A DNA stretch of 32,000 bases, from NCBI GenBank assembly GCA_030167145.1, contig CP126532.1, positions 2,070,001 to 2,102,000 on the forward strand. The letters are read 5' to 3'. The notes beneath the pieces are model-generated. The model saw only the letters and a program-made list of their open reading frames with translations, had not been told where the DNA came from and did no database searches. Numbering within the stretch: the stretch's first letter is position 1; the number at the start of each line of letters is the position of its first letter. Source of the DNA: Ktedonobacterales bacterium. Its GTDB lineage: Bacteria > Chloroflexota > Ktedonobacteria > Ktedonobacterales > JADMIN01. Of the stretch, positions 25,439 through 32,000 are shown one piece after another. The position numbers and the translations under genes are program-made.

Positions 25439-26692
25439 ATGACCAGCATAACCGAAAAACCAATCCCCGCCGTGGTGGCGGAATGCGACGAAAGCCAGGA
25501 ACAGGCCATCCTGCCCGCGCTTGTCGAGTGGCGCGCGCCTGCGAGCAGCGCGGAGTATGCGAAGCCGCGCCATGCGGGAGCCGAGCGGGCTGATGCCATT
25601 CCACGCGAATACGCGCTGATGTCCGCAGAGGAGTTGGACTGGCGCATCCATGAGGCGCGGGCTAAGCTGGGCGACCGGGTGGTGATTCTCGGTCACCACT
25701 ACCAGCGCGACGAGATCATCCAATACGCCGATGCGCGCGGCGACTCGTTTAAGCTGGCGCAGTTCGCCGCCGCGCACCCTGAAGCCGACTATATCCTCTT
25801 CTGTGGCGTCCACTTCATGGCCGAGAGCGCCGATATTCTCAGCGGTCCGCAGCAGCAGGTGATTCTGCCGAATCCCGCCGCTGGCTGCTCGATGGCCGAT
25901 ATGGCGAATATCGCCGAGGTGGAGGAGTGCTGGGAGGCGCTGAGCGACCTGTTCGGCGATGAAAATGGTGAGGGGCAGGCGGTGGTACCGGTGACCTACA
26001 TGAACTCCGCCGCCAATCTGAAGGCGTTCTGTGGACGCAACGGTGGTATCGTCTGCACCTCGTCCAACGCCGAGAAGGTGCTGCAATGGGCTTTTGAGCG
26101 TGGCCGCCGGGTGCTGTTCTTCCCCGATGAACACCTGGGGCGCAATACAGCGCTCAAGATGGGTGTTCCCGAAGATCAAATCGTGGTGTGGAATCAGCGC
26201 CGCGACTTTGGTGGCATCGAAGACGACGCGACGCTGGTCAACGCACGGGTGATTTTGTGGAAGGGTTGGTGCTCCACGCATCAGCGGTTCACACCGGCGC
26301 AGATTGCCGAGGCGCGCGCAAAGTACCCCGGCCTGCGCGTGGTGGTGCATCCAGAGTGCAGCCGCGAAGTGGTGGATGCCGCCGATTGCAATGGCTCGAC
26401 CGAATATATCGTCAAGGTCATTGCCGAATCGCCCGCCGGAACGACCTGGGCGGTGGGCACCGAGGTCAATCTGGTCAAGCGGCTGGCGAAGGAGCATCCA
26501 GACAAGACGATCTTCTGTCTTGATCCCATCGTCTGCCCATGCTCCACGATGTATCGCATCCATCCCGCGTATCTGGCCTGGGTGCTTGAGGCGCTGGTTG
26601 AAGGGCGCGTTATCAATCAGGTGAGCGTGGACGGCGAGACGGCGCAATGGGCGAAGGTGGCATTGGAACGCATGCTCGCCAACAAAGCGTGA
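25439..26692 (+). CDS. nadA: Quinolinate synthase
   Basis: ILGHHYQRDEIIQYADARGDSFKLAQ, FCGVHFMAESADIL, CSMADM, TYMNSAA.LKA, VCTSSNA, WKGWCSTHQ, HPEC, VGTE, CPCSTM (Fe-S cysteines). ATG at 25439 behind AGGAG. Alternative GTG/ATG at 25388/25391 overlapping the nadC stop. Confidence 0.9.
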   Translation: MTSITEKPIPAVVAECDESQEQAILPALVEWRAPASSAEYAKPRHAGAERADAIPREYALMSAEELDWRIHEARAKLGDRVVILGHHYQRDEIIQYADARGDSFKLAQFAAAHPEADYILFCGVHFMAESADILSGPQQQVILPNPAAGCSMADMANIAEVEECWEALSDLFGDENGEGQAVVPVTYMNSAANLKAFCGRNGGIVCTSSNAEKVLQWAFERGRRVLFFPDEHLGRNTALKMGVPEDQIVVWNQRRDFGGIEDDATLVNARVILWKGWCSTHQRFTPAQIAEARAKYPGLRVVVHPECSREVVDAADCNGSTEYIVKVIAESPAGTTWAVGTEVNLVKRLAKEHPDKTIFCLDPIVCPCSTMYRIHPAYLAWVLEALVEGRVINQVSVDGETAQWAKVALERMLANKA

Positions 26693-26707
26693 CCTAACTC
26701 CGGTCCC

Positions 26708-26733
26708 TGCGGGCGTCCACCGGACGCCCCTAC
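26708..26733. repeat. GC-rich palindromic repeat, copy 2 (inverted relative to copy 1), 16 nt after the nadA stop
   Basis: GCGGGCGTCCACCGGACGCCCCTAC is the reverse complement of copy 1 with one extra G. It can form the same 8-bp hairpin, so it is a possible terminator-like element without a U-tract. Confidence 0.7.
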
Positions 26734-26886
26734 GTGGGTAGAGGAGGCAAACCCGCGCCCGTTGCCGTTGTGCCGCTGGGCATGCTACGCTGTGGCTGGT
26801 GTGCGGCGCGTCAATGGCGATGCGCCGCTCTGCCGCGCCAGCGTTGCGCCAGCACTCGACGGCATAGGAGGGTCGCGAACATAGTT

Positions 26887-28572
<1,686 letters not shown>

Positions 28573-28637
28573 CAGGCTGCGCTGATGTGCGATACTATCT
28601 CAGGCAACCATACTCTATCTGCGTAAATGAGGTCCGC

Positions 28638-28895
28638 ATGAGCACCGCAACCGACATCAAGCATATTGTCCGTGATCCCGATGTCTATGGCGGGAAGCCA
28701 AGTATTGAGGGACACCGGATAGCAGTGCATGATATTGCACTCACGCAGAATCAGGGCTACAGCCCAGAGCAAATGGTGACCGAGCGCTATCCCACACAGG
28801 AATGCACAGCCCCATCACAACACCGGCATGCGGCTTCTCCCGCGACTCACGATCTCATAACAGATGAGCAGGAGAGCAATTGGCGCAGCGCCTAG
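28638..28895 (+). CDS. DUF433 domain protein (antitoxin-like HTH), divergent C-terminus
   Basis: IVRDPDVYGGKPSIEGHRIAVHDIA....GYSPEQMVTERYP matches the DUF433 core (DP...GGKP.I.GTRI.V..I). ATG at 28638. No DUF5615/PIN-like partner is adjacent. Confidence 0.6.
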   Translation: MSTATDIKHIVRDPDVYGGKPSIEGHRIAVHDIALTQNQGYSPEQMVTERYPTQECTAPSQHRHAASPATHDLITDEQESNWRSA

Positions 28896-28951
28896 TCAAG
28901 GTCGGGATAGTTGAAGTTGAATTTGCCGCAGAACTCTCCGCCCAGGCACGC

Positions 28952-29947
28952 CTACTTGCTAGAGCGTGATTCGGCAAGCGCACGCTCCAGGTGAGCCAGG
29001 GAAGAGTTTCCGCCCGAACAGACCAGACCAACTTTCTTGCCTTGCAGTTGCTCGCGCAGTCGGTAGGCGGCCGCAAGGGGAGAAGCGCCCGCTCCCTCTG
29101 CCAACGAGTGGGTATATTCAATCATCCAGACCATCGCCTGCAGTATTTCCTGCTCCTCTACAAGAAGGAAGTCATGCAGTCCATCCGCGAGGATCTGCTG
29201 CGTCATGGCGAAGCCCACGCCGGTGGCTAGACCTTCCGCAAAGGTCTGGCTGGGAGTTTCGACAATCTGCCTTGTGCGCCAGGATTCGTGCGCGGCTGGC
29301 GCAGCGGCTGCCTGTACGCCGATGACCTGGATAGCTGGATTGATCGTCTGGGCGACAATGCAGGCTCCGGCGCTTCCACTGCCTCCACCGACGGGTACAA
29401 TGATGACCTCAAGATCGGGTTCATCTTCCAGCATTTCCAGGGTCTCTGTCGCCACCCCAGCGATGAGCAGTGGCTCATTAGCAGCATGGATGTAGCGATA
29501 GCCCTCACTTTCGGCAAGCGATTCGGAGTACAAACGTGCCTCATCATAGGTGGCGCCATGCACAATAACCTGTGCGCCCATACCCTCGATGGCGGCGACT
29601 TTCCCAGGATTAGAGCGCTCTGCCACTACGATTCGGGCAGGAATGCCAAAGAGCCGGGCAGCGTACGCGATGGACTGGCCATGATTGCCGGTGGAGGCGG
29701 TAATCACACCACGCTCGCGTTCCTCGTCTGGGAGTTGAGAGAGATAGTTGATTCCTCCCCGGACCTTGAAGGCTCCTACGGGTTGATAGTTCTCGTGTTT
29801 GATGTAAACCGGGACGCCAAGGAATGCATTCAGCGCCGGATAGCTGTGGAAAGGGGTGCGCGCCAGATAGGGGCGAATGCGTCGCTTGGCACAGAGAACA
29901 TCGTTGAAGGTGACGGGGTTCATGGGGTTCACGGAGTTCATGGGCAT
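28952..29947 (-). CDS. PLP-dependent threonine/serine ammonia-lyase (dehydratase) family enzyme, catabolic type with no ACT domain
   Basis: YIKHENYQPVGAFKVRGG (PLP lysine), ASTGNHGQSIAYAA, VPVGGGSGSAGA (phosphate loop), 331 aa. Confidence 0.8.
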   Translation of the reverse strand: MPMNSVNPMNPVTFNDVLCAKRRIRPYLARTPFHSYPALNAFLGVPVYIKHENYQPVGAFKVRGGINYLSQLPDEERERGVITASTGNHGQSIAYAARLFGIPARIVVAERSNPGKVAAIEGMGAQVIVHGATYDEARLYSESLAESEGYRYIHAANEPLLIAGVATETLEMLEDEPDLEVIIVPVGGGSGSAGACIVAQTINPAIQVIGVQAAAAPAAHESWRTRQIVETPSQTFAEGLATGVGFAMTQQILADGLHDFLLVEEQEILQAMVWMIEYTHSLAEGAGASPLAAAYRLREQLQGKKVGLVCSGGNSSLAHLERALAESRSSK

Positions 29948-29950
29948 CTC

Positions 29951-29981
29951 CTAGTCTGTCCTGGTCTGTTTCTGGTCTGTC
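29951..29981. repeat. Three tandem ~10-nt direct repeats CT(A/G)GTCTGT(C/T) immediately upstream of the dehydratase start and including its SD
   Basis: ctagtctgtc at 29951-29960, ctggtctgtt at 29961-29970, ctggtctgtc at 29972-29981. The minus strand reads ACAGACCAG-a-AACAGACCAG-GACAGACTAG-GAG-ATG. Confidence 0.8.
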
Positions 29982-30129
29982 GTCTACGTCGTGCGGGACT
30001 CGGCTGTGCCGCGCGAACACAACCGATCAAACAGTTGTGTTTCTCATAAGCGCATGTCGCGCATCAGGTCTCATTTGATGACCGTGATTCAACGCCATTG
30101 CGATCTCCGCCATGGGGCAGTGAAGGTAT

Positions 30130-30912
30130 TCATCCCTCTCGCTTGATACTCCTGAGAGGTCTGGGAGGGACGATATGGACCGTGAGGAGAGAGGGGCTAG
30201 TCATCAAGGCGTCCAGGACCAGACGTTGGGACTCGGTAATATGGGCGTTCGCCATCCGTCTGGATGCCTCACCATCCCCCGCGATCAGGGCATCCACGAG
30301 ATCCTTGTGTTCTCGCACAGCCTCATCAGTAGGACTACGAAGGGGAGCGCTGAGGTGAAGCAGCCGCTCACTTTCGTCGAGCACCTGCCGGACTGCTCTG
30401 GCAAGGCGACGATTACCAGAGGCATCGGCTATCGTGGCATGGAAGAGGTAGTTAGCGCGCAGATAGCGTTCCTCACTCTCAACGTCATCCGCTGTGTACT
30501 GGGCCGCGCACAACTCATCAAGGCGTTGCAGATCCGTGGCGGGGATGTGTCCGGCTGCAAGTTGCGCCGCGGCTGACTCGACGATCCGCCGAAAACTAAA
30601 GAGATCATGGACGTCGCCCAGCGTAATGGGTATCACTTCATATCCATGACCGGGAATGCTTTCCACTAGGCCCTCCTGAATTAACCGTGTCAAGGCCTCC
30701 CGGATCGGTGTTTTGCCGATTCCTGTTTCGCTCGCAAGTTGAGCCTCTGTGACACGTTCTCCTGGAGCCAGTTCGCAGTGGATGATACGACGCTTCAGCT
30801 CGGTATAGGCCGTGTCCCCTTGTGAGTGAGCCTCAGCTTTCCTCAATGTTGTGTTGCGGCGCGACCGACCGTCGTCCGGGTCACTAGGATCAGAACCGCG
30901 CTTCTTGGCCAT
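30130..30912 (-). CDS. GntR family transcriptional regulator, FadR/FCD subfamily
   Basis: Winged HTH GERVTEAQLASETGIGKTPIREALTRLIQEGLVESIPGHGYEV, followed by an all-helical FCD-like C-terminal domain. The ATG at 30912 has GGAGA 9 nt upstream. The track start at 30921 is too close to the SD. Confidence 0.8.
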   Translation of the reverse strand: MAKKRGSDPSDPDDGRSRRNTTLRKAEAHSQGDTAYTELKRRIIHCELAPGERVTEAQLASETGIGKTPIREALTRLIQEGLVESIPGHGYEVIPITLGDVHDLFSFRRIVESAAAQLAAGHIPATDLQRLDELCAAQYTADDVESEERYLRANYLFHATIADASGNRRLARAVRQVLDESERLLHLSAPLRSPTDEAVREHKDLVDALIAGDGEASRRMANAHITESQRLVLDALMTSPSLLTVHIVPPRPLRSIKREG

Positions 30913-31091
30913 GGCGCACATTCTCCAGGTTCGTAGGGCAAGACTACTGTGTCATGGAATCATAAACTAGTATACCGCAATATATTCAGAAAAACAATGC
31001 ACACCGTTCTGCAACGCACTAACATTGTATTTTAAAAACCTTTGTGATATATTTCTCGCATCAAACAGTGACTCTTAAGTGAGGTAACGCG

Positions 31092-32000
31092 ATGTCATCC
31101 TCTTCGCCAATTTTAGGAAAAGCCGCGCAGGTCGTCATCATTGGCGGAGGCGTTTCAGGAGCGCTCATCGCTGCGCGCCTTGCGGAGCACGGCTTTCACG
31201 TCATCACGCTAGAAAAGGCCGCGATCGGCAATGGGTCATCAGGAAGATCAGCGGCTGGTATTCGCACGCAATGGGGGACGCCAGATTCAGTTGCTGGCAT
31301 GCTTTACTCAGAATGGTTCTACACGCACTTTCATGACCTCTTGCATTCTGCCCCCGATGATCAGACATGGGTCATCAGGCAAAACGGTTATTTGTTTCTG
31401 TATGAGCATCCCGAACTGTCACTGCCGCCCTGGCAGCTTGGGCGTCGGAGAGCAGCGACGCAAGCATGGCAAGCCGCGCAAGCATATGTCGCGATGCAGC
31501 GCAAATTAGGTGTCAGCGTTGAGGTTCTGGAGCCGCGGGAAGTCCAGCGCCACTGGCCCCACATTCTGGCAGAGCGGCTGATTGGAGCAACCTGGGGGCC
31601 ATACGACGGCTTTCTGAACCACGATCTCATCTACTCGCGTGGCTTTGCGCGAGCGCAAGCGCTAGGCGCGGAACTGCGCCAACATGTCGAAGTAACAGGA
31701 GCCAGGACGCATGGTGGACGTATCCTCAGCTTGGATACTACTGCTGGATCTGTCGAAGGTGATTGGTTCATCAATGCCACTGGCGCATGGGCGCCTCGTG
31801 TCAGCCGCTCCATTGGAGGGATGGAGTTGGCAATAGCGCCGGTAAAACGCTTCCTGTATAGTTTGAAACCCGCGCGGCCCATTATGAGCGCTGAAGCGTG
31901 GAGCGCAATGCCAATGACCATGTATGGTGTTGGACCAGAACGTGGCGCATATTCTCGCCCAGACGGGGAAATCTTAATGACTGGCTGGGCGCATGAAGCG
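31092..32000 (+). CDS. FAD-dependent oxidoreductase (DAO/glycine-sarcosine oxidase-like), 3'-truncated by the window end; absent from the supplied ORF track
   Basis: Manual translation from the ATG at 31092 (SD GAGGT 6 nt upstream) is open for 303 codons to the window edge: MSSSSPILGKAAQVVIIGGGVSGALIAARLAEHGFHVITLEK...GSSGRSAAGIR (Rossmann GxGxxG plus DAO-type motif). Confidence 0.75.
   Translation, partial: MSSSSPILGKAAQVVIIGGGVSGALIAARLAEHGFHVITLEKAAIGNGSSGRSAAGIRTQWGTPDSVAGMLYSEWFYTHFHDLLHSAPDDQTWVIRQNGYLFLYEHPELSLPPWQLGRRRAATQAWQAAQAYVAMQRKLGVSVEVLEPREVQRHWPHILAERLIGATWGPYDGFLNHDLIYSRGFARAQALGAELRQHVEVTGARTHGGRILSLDTTAGSVEGDWFINATGAWAPRVSRSIGGMELAIAPVKRFLYSLKPARPIMSAEAWSAMPMTMYGVGPERGAYSRPDGEILMTGWAHEA

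Noticed and set aside
30040-30113. Possible 28-codon leader peptide (MAEIAMALNHGHQMRPDARHALMRNTTV) ending inside the loop of the 30016-30041 inverted repeat, as an attenuation device for the dehydratase.
   Set aside because: It has no SD and no run of regulatory codons (Thr/Ile/Ser). It starts 17 nt after the gntR stop. This is too weak to call.

Overview
High-GC bacterial chromosomal segment. Family calls come from motif recognition only (no searches run), and the taxon cannot be determined from the sequence alone.

Layout, left to right:
- 1-4.9 kb: four translationally coupled exopolysaccharide/O-antigen-type genes (Wzy/O-antigen-ligase-like, GT4, membrane GT2, GT4).
- 4.9-5.6 kb: a vapBC-type toxin-antitoxin pair.
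- 5.8-11.4 kb: sugar-porter MFS, cyclase/kynurenine-formamidase-like protein, DUF2252, a small ABM-fold protein, and a small membrane ORF plus a Tat/lipobox protein.
- 11.4-13.7 kb: a mobilome islet. It holds a HicB-like antitoxin ORF interrupted by an in-frame TGA at the expected Trp, a TnpA-less IS200/IS605-type TnpB with an intact RuvC triad and a hairpin-rich 3' flank (candidate omega-RNA), and a Uma2 endonuclease.
- 13.8-20.8 kb: a minus-strand run of membrane genes. It comprises two MFS transporters (one with Tyr/Gln/Gly/Thr repeat tails), a Pro/Gly/Tyr-tailed membrane protein, DUF2752, an amidohydrolase and a polytopic membrane protein.
- 20.9-22.3 kb: an IS5-type transposase remnant with an in-frame TAG, abutting an orphan MalK/MsmX-like ABC ATPase.
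- 22.8-26.7 kb: nadB-nadC-nadA, preceded by a 450-nt gene-free region with a strong extended -10 box and a structured leader, and bracketed by inverted copies of one GC-rich hairpin repeat.
- 26.9-32.0 kb: methylmalonyl-CoA-mutase catalytic subunit without a B12 domain, DUF433, a PLP threonine/serine dehydratase, a GntR/FCD regulator, and a 3'-open FAD oxidoreductase that the ORF track omits.

No rRNA, tRNA or CRISPR array was seen. The most interesting candidates are the TnpB/omega-RNA locus next to the stop-interrupted hicB, and the tandem-module leader upstream of nadB. I found no clearly complete novel multi-gene system.
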